From positions 36,518,001-36,582,000 of the forward strand of contig OX597828.1 in the NCBI GenBank assembly GCA_951406725.2: a stretch of DNA of 64,000 nucleotides, given 5' to 3'. The notes beneath the pieces were generated by a model that searched no databases, had not been told where the DNA came from, and worked only from the letters and a program-made list of their open reading frames with translations. The translations under genes were made by a program, and so were the position numbers. Of this stretch, positions 26,089 to 39,158 are shown piece after piece (the stretch's first letter is position 1; every line of letters begins with the position of its first letter). This stretch comes from Octopus vulgaris (lineage: Eukaryota).

Positions 26089-26515
26089 TAATAATAATAA
26101 TAATAATAATAAAACATTGTGTACAGTGCTCAGGTGCATTACAACTCATCTAAAGTGTATGTATAGTACATAGGGTAATGTACAAGCGTCAGGAAAAGAA
26201 CAGTGCATGAGTCGTGACATACACATGTGTGTATGAGTATGGAAGGGGGACAATCAGGTGTAGTTTCGGCGGATTTCGGAAAGCATGAGGGCCTTAAAGG
26301 ATGCAGTGTCATGGCAGTCAACAACTGACGCAGGCAGTTTGTTCCATGCTTCAGCAACTCTGAGCGTGAAAAAATGCTTCCGAAAGTCATGGGAGCTGTG
26401 CTGTTTTCTGACTTTGTAGGCATGTCCACGTGTGTTGGACACATGGAGATCAAAAAGGTGTTCAGTGTTGTTGGTGAGGTGGTTGATAACTTTGTGGGTG
26501 TTTACCAAGTCCATC
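26089..26515 (-). mobile_element. 5'-truncated CR1-clade LINE, same family as 53.2-53.9 kb
   Basis: NTRGHAYKVRKQHSSHDFRKHFFTLRVAEAWNKLP; shared 3' UTR and (TTA)n tail. Confidence 0.88.
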
Positions 26516-26749
26516 GCATGATGGATGCTTGACTGCAAATGTGCTCTGAGTCCATGCTACACAGTCCAATACCTTCCTGGTTCTCTTTCCTTTCGCTTCA
26601 TCAACTTCAAATAATTGGTTCGTCTTTATTTAGCTGCCCTTATCCATATGCATCACATGCCTACATCAGTTGTCTCCCTTGCACAGCACATCTCGTCTGT
26701 CTTAGGCTAAGTTTTTTTCCCTTTTCTCTCAAAATATTTGTACTTTGTC

Positions 26750-26902
26750 AATTATGTACACTAACATTGCATATCCAGTGGAGCATGCTAGCTTCACTTT
26801 TCTCTAGTCTTTGCAAGCGCTCTACATTCAGGGCCCACATCTCATGAATGCATAGCATTGCAGTTTCTACAGAAGCATTGTACAATCTGCCTTTCATTTC
26901 AA
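26750..26902 (-). mobile_element. RTE-clade LINE fragment
   Basis: MKGRLYNASV..AML...EMWALNV...QRLEKSEASMLHWICNV, homologous to 10.8 kb fragment. Confidence 0.7.
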
Positions 26903-28225
26903 GAGAGAGAGAGAGAGAGAGAGAGAGAAGAAGAAGAAGAAGAAGAAGAAGAAGGAGGAAGAGATATACTTTACAAACACAATATAATAGAGACAGTATT
27001 AGAAAATATAGACAAAATGTCACAGTTGAAATAAAACTGGATGGGAAGAAAAACTCATCAACAAAACTTTGAATTTAATACAATTTTATTTTCATTTCAT
27101 TTTAATATATAAATTAATTAAAATAAAAAGGACAAAATAACAAATACCTTCCAGGGACTTTATTTTATTGACCCCCAAAAGGATAAAAGACAAAGTTGGC
27201 CTTTGCAGTATTTGAACCTAGAATGTAAACTGGGAAAAATACTGCAAAATATTTTGTCTGATGCTCTAATGATTCTGCCATTGTACCACGCTTATAATAA
27301 TCGTTTTTATTAAAGGCACAAGGCCTGAAATTTAGGGGAGGGCGGATAGAAAATAACATTGACCCCAGTGCGTAACTGGTACTTATTTCATTGACCCTGA
27401 AAGGATGAAAGGTAAAGATGATCTCGACCACAATGGTGAAGGGAAAGAACTTTTGACCTTTTTGTTGGTCAAAAATTAACTCAAGATTATTTCTTGTTCA
27501 AGTAACAGTGAGTGATAGAATCATTGTAGCCCCTCTCTCCTCAAATTTGCGGTGTTGTGCCCCATGTCAGAAACCCTTAATAATGTTGGTGGTTTGACAG
27601 AATTAGCAAAGTGTCACATTAAATTGCTTTTTATGCTCTGAGTTCAAATCTTGCCAATAGCAAATTAGCCTCTCATCCTTTCAGGGTCAATACAATAAAG
27701 TACCAACGGAGTACTTTAAAATCAAATATACACTCAGTTTCACCCCACCCCTCTGTGTTCATTTGATCTGCTAGAAAGATCAGTCAAATCTTTGTTAAAT
27801 CATACTTTAGTGTCTTAAAAAAAGGAAGGATGCATTGGACCATGTAGCTCTATGTACACTATGTTACAAGAAAAAAAGCTAGCTTTGGTCAAATAACAAC
27901 AACAAAGTAGATACCTTTATAAACAACTGAAAAGCAGTCATGTATGACACCTCTTTTTATTACCTGATTTTGGCTGAGTGAGTGACTAGCTTGAACCCTG
28001 TTTCATCAGATATAAAAACTCACATACAAAGCCAGTGATTTCGGGGGAGTGGTGTTAAGTTGATAACACTGACCCAAGTGTTCAACTGGTACTTATTTCA
28101 TGAAGCCTGAAAGGATGAAAGGCAAAGTCCACCTTGGTAAGGATGGATGAAATGGTGTTAAGCAATTTGTCTAGTATGTTAACAATTCTGCCAACTTGTC
28201 CCCTTGCTCAATGCCAATATATTAA

Positions 28226-28447
28226 CCCTTTCATTACCTACCCAGCTGAAACCGGCTCTGGCTCTGTAGTACAAATATCTTGTTTTCATAAGTTTTGAAT
28301 TAAAATCTTCCACCAAACCGTAATCACAATTTATGTTCTTAACACTAGCTGAATGATAACTAAGTTATTTTACTAAATTCTTAGTTATATTCAAAATGAA
28401 TTGAAAGAAACACAGAACATCTCAAAATAAATACAGTAATGAAAGGG
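28226..28447. mobile_element. piggyBac-type MITE
   Basis: TTAA|ccctttcattac...gtaatgaaaggg|TTAA. Confidence 0.78.
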
Positions 28448-29555
28448 TTAATCCACTACATTTGATAACACTTAGTTTCCTGCACACTGGATATTGTAAG
28501 AGCTGCTACTATAGCAGAATTTCAGAAGACATAATCAGGATCTCTACAAGCATAGATTACATAACAGCAAATTGATTTATTTTGTTCTTGAAACAGTTGA
28601 CTGTTCTGAAGATGACAGTTAAAAAAGTACATGAAATATAAGAATTACAAATTGGAAGAAACCCTTTTAGCCAACTAAACACATGAACACACACAATCAC
28701 ATTCAGATATTCACAAAACTGTACTGTTAAATCTGCCATATTTTCTGGCATACAAGTTGAATTATTACGACTAAAATTCACAGCTAAAAAAGAAGTTAAG
28801 TCGACTTATACACCAAGATGACTTTGGAGGACCAAAAAATTCCATGTGAAATGCAGCAAGATTTGGAAAGATAACGACAATCTTTGAATGTTTACGCTAC
28901 ATATTATGTAGACTTGTATGGTGGAAAATATGGCTTTCCTTGGGATTTCAAAATTCTCATTATACTTCAGCAATCTGGTCACTGACTCAAATTCCTCTAC
29001 ATTTCAGATATGAGGTCACAGTGCTGTGATGTAACGGAAATTTTAGCATCTCCAAAAATAAATAAAAAATTAATTTAACAGTTTTTTTTTAATGTTTTTA
29101 AATAGCTGAAATGGTTCTTTCTGCTATGTAATTTTTTCAGCATCAACACACGTCTCAGAATCAAATCACTTGCTAGATAAATAAAAATTCTGAAACTAAA
29201 TATGTTATTTCCAAAATCTCCAGTAACTTTTTAGTTGTTGCATATATACACATATTTTTCTTTTCCACAACCCTTTATTTGTCCTGTGTATCACACATGT
29301 TACACAACATATTTCCCTGGCATCCACGCATCATATATGAGACACATTCCTAATTTTTTCAACCAGAGTAGCTTAGGACTTATGAAAGGAAACGTTTATA
29401 TTATTCAGAACGTATGAAACAAGGGCTAACTAAAAGCTTGACAACAAGCATGGACGTTTAGGGCAAACTTATGAAATGCACTGGACAGGCAGAACGTTAA
29501 TAATTCATTTGTTGTTCTTCAGCAAATTGGTTCTTTGGTTCAACAGTTCTTCAAT

Positions 29556-29633
29556 TCATCGTTTTTGTTGCTGGACCCAGTTGGCTATGATGTCGGAACT
29601 GTCCATGCAATGCTTTTGAGTGTAGGCATGAAC
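29556..29633 (-). CDS. MAP2K5: MAP2K5 last coding exon to stop
   Basis: tgtcag|VHAYTQKHCMDSSDIIANWVQQQKR-TGA; H..F/Y and I..WV motifs of the MAP2K C-terminus. Confidence 0.88.
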   Translation of the reverse strand, partial: VHAYTQKHCMDSSDIIANWVQQQKR

Positions 29634-29943
29634 CTGACAACAGAAATATATACATAACTGTAATTCCAATTAGGAAATGAAGCATATGAAACGGGAGTTA
29701 AAGGATACCAAATTTTTCAGTCTTCTGTTTGGTTTGATACTATCATATTATTAACTTTGAATTATGACATTTATTACATTTTAGTGGATTATATATTAGT
29801 TCTTAGTTTTTAATCTTTTTACTTGCTTAGTTTTTAATTTTTAATTAGCAAACCCTATTATTTTTGTAGTTAATTAATTTTTTTTTTTATAAATTTATCT
29901 GTCTTTACTTGATATTTACATATCATGAATTGTAATGTTAATA

Positions 29944-31223
29944 AAAGGTTATCAAGAAAGTTCTTGCGGAATTTTTAATTTTGGTTTTAAATGATGTATT
30001 TTCAAATTAATTTTCATTAAATTATTTTGACTTTTATAAATCCTTTTAAAGCCTGTTTTTCGCTCTATCTAATCATTTTACTCTTTTTCTTTTTAAATAA
30101 TTAGGCCATTTTTTTCCGGAATGTTGAATACAACATGGACAAAAAGCAAATTTGCACAATTTTTAAATTTCAGCTCAAGCTAGGCCAAAATGCTGCTGAA
30201 ACAGCTTGCGATATCAACGATGCATTTGGCCCAGGAACCACTAATGAATATACAGCCCAATAGTGGTTCAAGAAATTTCGTAGCAGTCACGAGAGTCTTG
30301 AAGATGATAAGCGTAGTGGTCGGCCATTTGATGTTGACAACGATCAACTAAGAGCCTTAGTTGAAGCCAATCCACGCACAACTGTTTGAGAGCTTGCTTC
30401 TGAATTAGACGTAATGTATACAACAATTTCCAACCACTTGAAAGATTTGCAAAACAAAGGTACTTGAGAAATGAGTGCCGCACGAATTGAACGACAAGCA
30501 AAAAAAAAACGCCGTTTTGAAGTGTTGCCTTCCCTTCTTTTACGCAACAAGAACGATCCATTTCTTGACCGGATTGTGACTTGTGCTAAAAAGTAGATTC
30601 TTTATGACAACCGGCAATGCTCAGCTCAGTGGTTGGTTGCCGATGAAGCTCCACGGCACTTCCTAAAGCCAAAGTTGTACCAAAAGAAGGTCATGGTGAT
30701 TGTTTGGTCGTTTGTGGCCGGTCTCATCCATCACAGCTTTTTGGATCCAGGCGGAATGATTACGGTGGAGAAGTACTGTCAGTAGATGGATGAAACGCAT
30801 AAGAAACTCCGACAACAGCCAGCATTGGTCAATAGAAAAGAACAAACTCTTCTCCACAACAACACTTGGCTGCATGTTGCACAACTGACCCTGCAGAAGT
30901 TGAATGAATTGGGCTATGAAACCCTGCCTCATCTGCCATACTCACCAGACCTCTCGCCTACTGACTACCACTTTTTCAAGCATCTCGACAACTTCTTGCA
31001 TGAGATATGCTTCAAAACCAAGACGATGCCAAACACGCCTTCAACGACTTCATCGCTACCAGAACACAGGATTTTTATGCTACTGGCATAAATAAATTTG
31101 TTTCGTGTTGGCAAAAGTGTGTTGATTCTGATGGTGTTTATTTCGATTAATAAAGTTTTGTTTGAGCCGAGATATGTGCATCTTAATTTAAAGGTTAAAA
31201 ACTGCAAGAACTTTCTTGACAAC

Positions 31224-31227
<4 letters not shown>
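29944..31227 (+). mobile_element. full-length mariner transposon (Hsmar1/cecropia-like), ~1.28 kb, in last MAP2K5 intron
   Basis: TA-flanked TIRs (..gttatcaagaaagttcttgc / gcaagaactttcttgacaac..) enclosing a decayed transposase. Confidence 0.92.
30135..31150 (+). pseudogene. mariner DD34D transposase pseudogene
   Basis: MDKKQI...AAETA..IN.AFGPGT..WFKKF...SLED..RSGRP..VDNDQLRA, YSPDLSPTDYHFFKHLDNFL, ends DGVYFD*; several stops and frameshifts. Confidence 0.92.
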
Positions 31228-31254
<27 letters not shown>

Positions 31255-31541
31255 TTCTTTTTTCTCGTTCTGAACAGCCTGGCATTCTGGTAATTTTCCT
31301 TCTATTGTTCTTGTCTGGGCTACAAAAGGTCTTTTTATCTTTTTTGTTGGTTGTAATTGTTCATACCAATATGTAATTCCTGACAAAGAATCTAATTTTT
31401 ATTTCAAGAAGAGTTTTTTTTGTTTTTGTCTTTGTAATTAATTAGGCTCCAAAACAGTTTGTAGAATATATATTGGTTTTGTACCAACTTCGATTTGAAT
31501 TAAAGATCATCTACAACTATATATTTTTTTCTTTTTCTTAC

Positions 31542-31948
<407 letters not shown>

Positions 31949-32574
31949 TATATATATATATATATAACAAATATGAAATAAAGTAAAGAAAAAATTGGAT
32001 CAGATACTTGAGCAGAAATTACTCATGGAGAATATTATGCAACAGTTGTAATAATTTGGAGTAATAAATGTATATTCCCTTCTAATATCACCTGATTTTC
32101 AGATTATTTCAATCAGATGAGTAGTGCTCAAGACCTTTTTCAGGGTGTTTGAGACTGGAAAGAACAAACCAAGACTCATGAGTTATCCCAGACCAGAGAT
32201 TTGATTTGAACACTTGCAATGGAAAGGATTCTGCATTCAAGGCACCCAAGAGCCAGTGATTAGCATGGAATCAGGTTATGGATTAAGCCATATGGCAAAA
32301 AGCACTTAATGGAGGTGCAATGCAATGGGACTGAACCCAGGCCCCAAGTGCCTGCAAAGCAAACTTCTTAACCACATGACCATGTCTGCGCCATATATCT
32401 GTAACTCAACAGAACCACCCCATACAACCAATTGATGGATACTTTCAGGTGTTAAGTACCAAATGACATGGTTGTCAGAATTCCAAATGTAGGCCTCTTT
32501 GCTTCTATACATTTTCAATTGAAATAAAGACTCAAATAGTGAGAAATAAATGATACTAGGGATTGAAACCTTAC

Positions 32575-32620
32575 CAATAAGTCTGCGGCTGGTAACCTGT
32601 CTTGAGGCAGGGTCTGCATA
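32575..32620 (-). CDS. MAP2K5: MAP2K5 exon (subdomain XI, invariant Arg)
   Basis: ttgcag|(C)MQTLPQDRLPAADLL|gtaagg; 46 nt, phase 2-0. Confidence 0.92.
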
Positions 32621-33455
32621 CTGCAAAAGGAAACAAAAGAAGTGAAAATTAAGATATCCTCTATTGCTGTTGATGGTGATGATGATGATGATGTTGTTGT
32701 TCAACCCAAATCAACCTTTCCTGAGTAGTGCTATGATCAGAGGTGATCTAACCATGGCCATCATGTCCTTTTGTGTATCAGGAACCACATTGTTCAATGT
32801 GTCCTTCCTTTTTTTCTAAGACAGTGGGGTATCATTTGCTATTTCTATTTCTAACAGGTTCAATGACCATATTGAGGCTTCCTCAATGGCTTGAATTTTG
32901 CTGATATTGATGATGGCAATGACAAAATGATAATGATAGTTATGATGATGATGATGATGATGTCAAGCTCGTTGGTGGAATCGCTATTGTTTTTGTTCTT
33001 GATTATATGAAGGCTGACTTTAGTGTTGTTATTGCCAACCTTGAACTTGGTGGTGCAGCTGTTGTTGATTTTGATGTTGCTGATGATATTGATGGTAATG
33101 TTGTTGTTGTTGTTATTAATGCAGTGTAAAAGGAATAAGATAAATAAAAGAAAAAAAAATATCATGTTTCTGTCAGGATGAATCCAAATATTTTCTTCAC
33201 AAGCTCTTATGAACGAGAGATTTCTGCAAATGATGTTTTTTGAGGAATTGAGAGGAACTGAATTTTATTTTTGTGAAGAGTGTCTTCTTTTGTGAACAAG
33301 GATTTGATTTTTTTTTTTATAAAAAAAAAACCTCCCCCCCCCCCAATCTTAATACAAAGACAAGAAATAAAAGATGGCATGAACTAAAATTGTAATTTTG
33401 TTTTTTATGTTATTTTAATTTCTTGATAAATAAGATACCAAGTTGAGAAACTTAC

Positions 33456-33517
33456 CATTTTGTGACATAATGAACTAATTCTGCTGAGAAGTGTTCTTCA
33501 GATAATCTGGGTGGAGG
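33456..33517 (-). CDS. MAP2K5: MAP2K5 exon (alphaH)
   Basis: ttcag|PPPRLSEEHFSAELVHYVTK(TG)|gtaagt; 62 nt. Confidence 0.93.
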
Positions 33518-33940
33518 CTGAAGAGAAATGGAAAAAAAAAAATTTTTAAACAGTTAAGATGTATTCACATTTCTGTCTGTTTGTTGTTTGAAGTTAGTGT
33601 ACATGGAGGATCCCCTTCTTCACCTATAAATTGGAAGAGTGTTTCAATCTAGAAGTTTCTTCTAATATAGCTTGGAGCTTTCTGACAAAAATTAAAAAGC
33701 ATTTCCCAAGAACCTTTAGATATCATAAACTTTTAAAATTTACATAATGTCAATATTAGCTATTAATGATTAAATAATATCACTTTTAACACTGCATGCT
33801 ACAACATATATAAACATGTAATCACAGAATCTCCACTCCATGTTTCAACATGTAACTTTTGAAATCCTAACAAATACCCACTAAGAAAGTCTTGCCTATT
33901 AAAGGTTGTGGTTTGTAGAACCAACTGTACACCATCCAAT

Positions 33941-34814
33941 AGCATCACAAGACACAGACATGACAGCTAATGATTTTAAGGAAATATAAATGCAACACAT
34001 GTACTTCTCTATCTTACATTATCTGGAAACTGCAGGACCATTGAAACACCTTGCCCAATGTCACTTGGATCATCCTTGACAAAGTTTTCTCCCTACTCAC
34101 TCAGAGCTTTAAATTACCAATTCTATGTATGTGCAAACTGCACATATTCCACCAGCCAGTGATATCTACCAATAGGAAAATTAACCAATCTTATTGTTTC
34201 CAGCAGAGGTACACCTTGTTAATGAATTTCATACCTAATGGCAATATATATCATTCCTATGCCTGTGGAGATTACAGCTTTCTCATGTCAGTCACACAAA
34301 GTTGTTTATGATCTAGCATCATCAAATTGGTTACTTCTCACATGATAATTGCTGTTGCTAAAATACCACACAAATGACTAATTGATGGCAACATTTTGTC
34401 TGTCCTACCATATGCAGTACCCAATATAAAGAACTGATTAATACTGAATACATCATGCTGCAGGATGCTGATAAAGTAATACCTACATCCTGTCTGCTCC
34501 ACCATGTGTGCCTAACTGATGTTGCTATAGTAGCAAAAACAACCATGTGACTTGAACTGACCTATGGAAGCTGAAATACCTAGGTATTTAGGCTACTGAT
34601 AGTAGAATATGTGCGGTTTCTCACAGAAGAAGAGTTGGCAATTTAAAGCTCTGAGTAAGTAGGGAGGAGGCTTTGTCAAGGATGATCCAAGTGACGTTGG
34701 GGAAGGTGTTTCAGTGGTCCTGCAGTTTCCAGATAAAGTAAGATAGAGAAGTACATGTGTTGCATTTATCTTTCCTTAAAATCATTAGCTGTCATGCCTG
34801 TGTCTTGTGATGCT
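33941..34814. repeat. inverted repeat, ~185-bp arms (33941-34124 / 34631-34814), ~500-bp spacer
   Basis: agcatcacaagacacagacatgacagctaatgattttaagg... versus ...ccttaaaatcattagctgtcatgcctgtgtcttgtgatgct. Confidence 0.9.
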
Positions 34815-35599
34815 TAAAAGAACCAGCTTCACACCACCAAATGGATGGTGTGAAGCAAGTTCTTTTAAGCTTTCTCCATTTTGTTTCTCAACATCTGATG
34901 AGGTGGCTGTGTCCTACATCCATGAGACCTTAAGTTAAGTCAAACTGTTATTAAATACTTGTAACTCCAACCAAAGGTGTGAAGAGTGTTTGATTGCTAC
35001 TCTCTTTCCTTTTCTTCCCCCGCAATTTATGGGAGCACCATGCAGTCCTTTGATTTGTTGCATCTTGTTGAATACCACTATGGAAGACAAATATTAAGCG
35101 ATCACGATGATAATGAAGAAAAGCACAAATAAATATATCATCATCATCATCAGCATCATTTGATGCCAGTCTCCCATACTGGCATGAGTTGGATGGTTTG
35201 ACAGGAGCTGGTAAGCCAGAGAACTGTGCCAAACTCCACTGTCTGCTTTGGGGTGGTTTCTACAGCCGGATTTCCTTCCTAGTGCCAACCATTTTACAGA
35301 GTGGACTGGGTGTCTTTTTACCTTTTACATGGGAAGTAACTTGTGAGACAAAGGTCCCTCAACTGAGAAGGGAAGTGGTATTGAAGGAGGTGGCATTGTG
35401 CCATATGTGTGTGTGTGTGTGTGTGTTTGTGCATTGGCACAGGTGTAAATCTGTGCTAAGAAGTTTGCTTTCCAACCACATGTTTCTGAGTTCAGTTTCA
35501 CTGAGCGGCACCTTGGGCAAGTCTCTCAAACTATAACCAAAGGCTGATTAAAGTCTTGTGAGTGGATTTAGTAGACAGAAAACGAAAGAAACATGTTGT

Positions 35600-35910
35600 A
35601 TATATACACAAGATGTGGACAGTATTCGTTTGCAATTTTCAACTGTTAATTTTTATGTGTTTTTTTTTACTTTCGTTGTTGGTCTTTTCCTTCTTAAAGT
35701 CAATAACCATTTTGCTTTATTTTTTTTGCAGAATAACTGACTTTGGAAAATTTTGAACCCCTCCCAATTTGTGGAAGAGGCATGGAGTCCTCTTTGGAAT
35801 CTGCATCAGAGGACAAACAAGAAGATTTCAGACATTTTCAATGTCAGCAGAAGGATGGTGAAAAAGGTCAGAAAGGAGCTGAAGGGTTCAGGATTCATCT
35901 ATGAGATTAC
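35600..35910 (+). mobile_element. 5' fragment of Tc1/maT-like transposon
   Basis: HTH-like NKKISDIFNVSRRMVKKVRKEL resembles ISQFLKVARSFVYKVRKEL of the 48 kb element. Confidence 0.5.
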
Positions 35911-36018
35911 AGTGTGTGTGTGTGTTACTGACTTCTTAACTTGACATCATGTAATAGTTGTATGTGAGTGTCACCATGCTGTAAGTAGTAGCCTTTATTT
36001 CCAATCTTCTGGGAAAAC

Positions 36019-36203
36019 TGTATCAGAACAATTACTCCCCATAGGACAATTCCTCTGACAACAATTACCCCCATGACAATTACCCCCTCTCCAATATATT
36101 AAGAAGTTTTAAATCATCCTTTGTTGTCCTCAGGTGTAACTGTCCTCGGTGGTAGTGGTGATGGTGCTAGTGTCCATGGTGGGGAGGGTAAATGTCCTAG
36201 ACT
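36019..36203. mobile_element. MULE-like MITE inserted in an older repeat
   Basis: repeated (g)acaattNccc motifs on the left and their complements on the right; flanked by tgggaaaac / caggaaaac. Confidence 0.5.
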
Positions 36204-36350
36204 CAGGAAAACATGTCTGGGCATGAGGAATTATTGCCTTACATGGAAACAGGTGAGGACTGGCAACAGGAAGGGCATCTGACTGTAGAAAATTTACCTC
36301 AACAAATTCTGCTTGACTCAGGTGAGCCTGGAAAAGTGGATGTTGCAGTA

Positions 36351-36389
<39 letters not shown>

Positions 36390-36467
36390 TATATATGCAT
36401 ATTATTTGTGAAAAGGAAAGCGAAGGAGAAGTAAAATGAAGAAAGGGAGTTCAGATTGTCTACTTAC

Positions 36468-36500
36468 TTGTTCCACAATTGTTTTCAACACCTCGCCCAC
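36468..36500 (-). CDS. MAP2K5: MAP2K5 33-nt exon (alphaG)
   Basis: cttttgtag|VGEVLKTIVEQ|gtaagt; aligns to ..LL..IV.E. Confidence 0.88.
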
Positions 36501-37092
36501 CTACAAAAGAGCAAGACAGATAAATACACACACATATATATATATATATAGAAGAAAAGAGAAGCCAAAGTAGGAATGTGTGTGTGTGTGTGTGTGTGCA
36601 TGTGTGAGTAGGGTCTTCTGTCAGTAAATACGTTGAGATACTAATTCTTAAGAACAACATTCAATGTTATATTGATTTGTAATGTAGTGAAGGCCCATGG
36701 CTCAGTGGTTAGAGCGTTGAACTTACGATCATGAGGTTGTGAGTTCAATTCCCAGACCGGGCTGTGTGTTGTGTTCTTGAGCAAGATACTTTATTTCATG
36801 TTGCTCCAGTTAACCCAGCTGTAGAAACGAGAGGGGAGGCTGGTATGCATGGGTGTCTGATGGTCTTCCACAAACAACCTTGCTTGGACTTGTGCCTCGG
36901 AGGGTAACTTTCTAGGTGCAATCCCATGGTCATTTATGGCCGAAGCGGGGTCTCCTCAATGTAGACTGACAAAGGTTAGCAGGCCGAAACTTTGAAGCTA
37001 CTGTTACCCCACTTCTTGTAGAAGTTTAACAAACATGTTCTCCACTAAAAAGCATTAAGTAACTCTTCAACTTAATGTTAAATTGTTTTCAT

Positions 37093-37130
<38 letters not shown>

Positions 37131-37695
37131 TCACACACACACACACGCACACACATATTTCGCTTAGGCATTGCGAGACCAGTAATCCAATGTAGAACTC
37201 AATGTACATATGTTTTCAGAACAAAGTGTTAGAGTGGTAATAAGACAAAGAGATGACACAGGTAAAACAATGGTTATGTAATGACTTCCATCAGCTTACA
37301 GCCGTTTCTGCTATAAGGTGTTTCAGCTATAGGATGTTATCCAGGCATTCAATTATGAGTCCATTGCACTTCAGGGTGCCAGTCGATTATATCAACCCCA
37401 GTGGAATTTGAACTCAGAAGTTGGAAGAAATGCTGTTAAGCATTTTTTCTGGTGCAGTAACAATTCTGCCAGCTCACTGCCAGAACAATAACAATAAAAA
37501 TAATAATTATTTCAAATTTTGGCACAAGGCCATCAATTTTGGATGCTGGGGTTAGTCGATTACGTTGACCCCAGTGCATGATTAGAACTTCTTTTATTGA
37601 CCCTGGTGGAATTTGGATTCAGAATATAAAAAAACACGAAACACTGCTAAACATTTTGCCCTAGGGTGCAAATGGTTCTGCCAGCTCGCTGCCCA

Positions 37696-37696
<1 letters not shown>

Positions 37697-37751
<55 letters not shown>

Positions 37752-37759
37752 TGACAGTA

Positions 37760-37791
<32 letters not shown>

Positions 37792-37798
37792 GATGGTT

Positions 37799-37844
<46 letters not shown>
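37697..37844. repeat. compound (AAT)n-(GAT)n-(GGT)n microsatellite
   Basis: direct reading. Confidence 0.95.
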
Positions 37845-37845
<1 letters not shown>

Positions 37846-39158
37846 AAATACCCTGATGCAGTACCAGGCAGTGGCTCTCATGGCTTCTGATCTTAACTGA
37901 TTGGAAGTGTTATCATGTACATTGTGTTGTCTTGGTATAAAAGCTGGGCTACAGTAAATATTCTACTCAATACCACAAATTTGCTTGTCAGTTGTTTGAC
38001 CTCATCCAGTTGAGCATGTCCCTTAGTGGCTGACGATATGTGCATCTCTGATCACGAGCAGAAGTAGTGGCTGACGATATGTGCATCTCTGATCATGAGC
38101 AGAAGTAGCCATGTATTAAGAGGAATTCTTTAGGGTTTGAATAATTTACCTCTGGAAGCATGGGTGTTTTGTTCATCTTTAAACAAATCTTATTCAGGCA
38201 CCATTTGAGCAGGATGCGCTACTCAACCTGAAGAAAATTCTAACTGGGCCTCATCTGCAAGGACACATGCTGTTTATCTTGATATGAGATCACCATGACG
38301 TGCACATATGGTTGTGATGCATGTGCCTGGTGTACCCTTATTAGACGGGTAGTCATGATGGATATACTCTGGGTTTCGTATATTTTACCTCAGTGTCACT
38401 TTGATGGTATGTGCTTTGGGGGAGTGGCTAAGTTGATTAAATTGCCCCCAATGTTCAACTGGTACTCATTTTATTGACCCTGAAAGATGAAAGGCAAAGT
38501 CAACTTCAGCAGAATTTGAACTCAGAACATGAAGATCAATAAAATTCTGCTAACCATTTTGCCTGGTGTGCTCATGATTCAGCCAGCTCGCTGCCTTGTT
38601 GTTGTTGATGATGATGATGATGGTGATGATGATTTTAGGAGAAACTTTCAAAATACAAAGACCTTTTATAAGTAAATAAAGGAGTCTCAATGAGGCAGTT
38701 CAACCAACTAAAAATAGCAGTCAAACCCTTTCCTGAATTCTGCTCCTTTACCTTAGGCAGAGTGGTCAAGTCTGCAATGTTTTTGATCATAAATTTGCTC
38801 AATCAGTGTTGACTCGGGGCGAAATAACACCGAGAACAATACAACAACAACAGCAACACAAGCTTGCCTCTATGTGGTTGACTGACTTGCTAGAAATGGC
38901 GGCCAAATTATCTCAGTCATACATCTAGCATCTCAACAACACAAAGAACTACTGACCGATGTAGAGCTAGATAATACAAAATGATTGATGGTCATGGCTA
39001 GAATGCCTTTGATCAGAAGTCTGCCCAATCAGAGGTGGCCAGGGGTTAAAGAACAACTATAGTAACAGCATCAACAGCAACACTAACAAGGAGGAGGATG
39101 AGGATGAGGATGAGGAGGAGGAAGAAGAGGACATAGAGAATAAAAGAGCATTACTTAC

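Noticed and set aside
37594-37900. ORFs with poly-N/D/I/M
   Set aside because: Compound trinucleotide microsatellite, no splice or homology support
38025-38108. 41-bp tandem duplication (also a 17-bp x3 unit at ~50260-50300)
   Set aside because: Ordinary slippage duplications inside repeats
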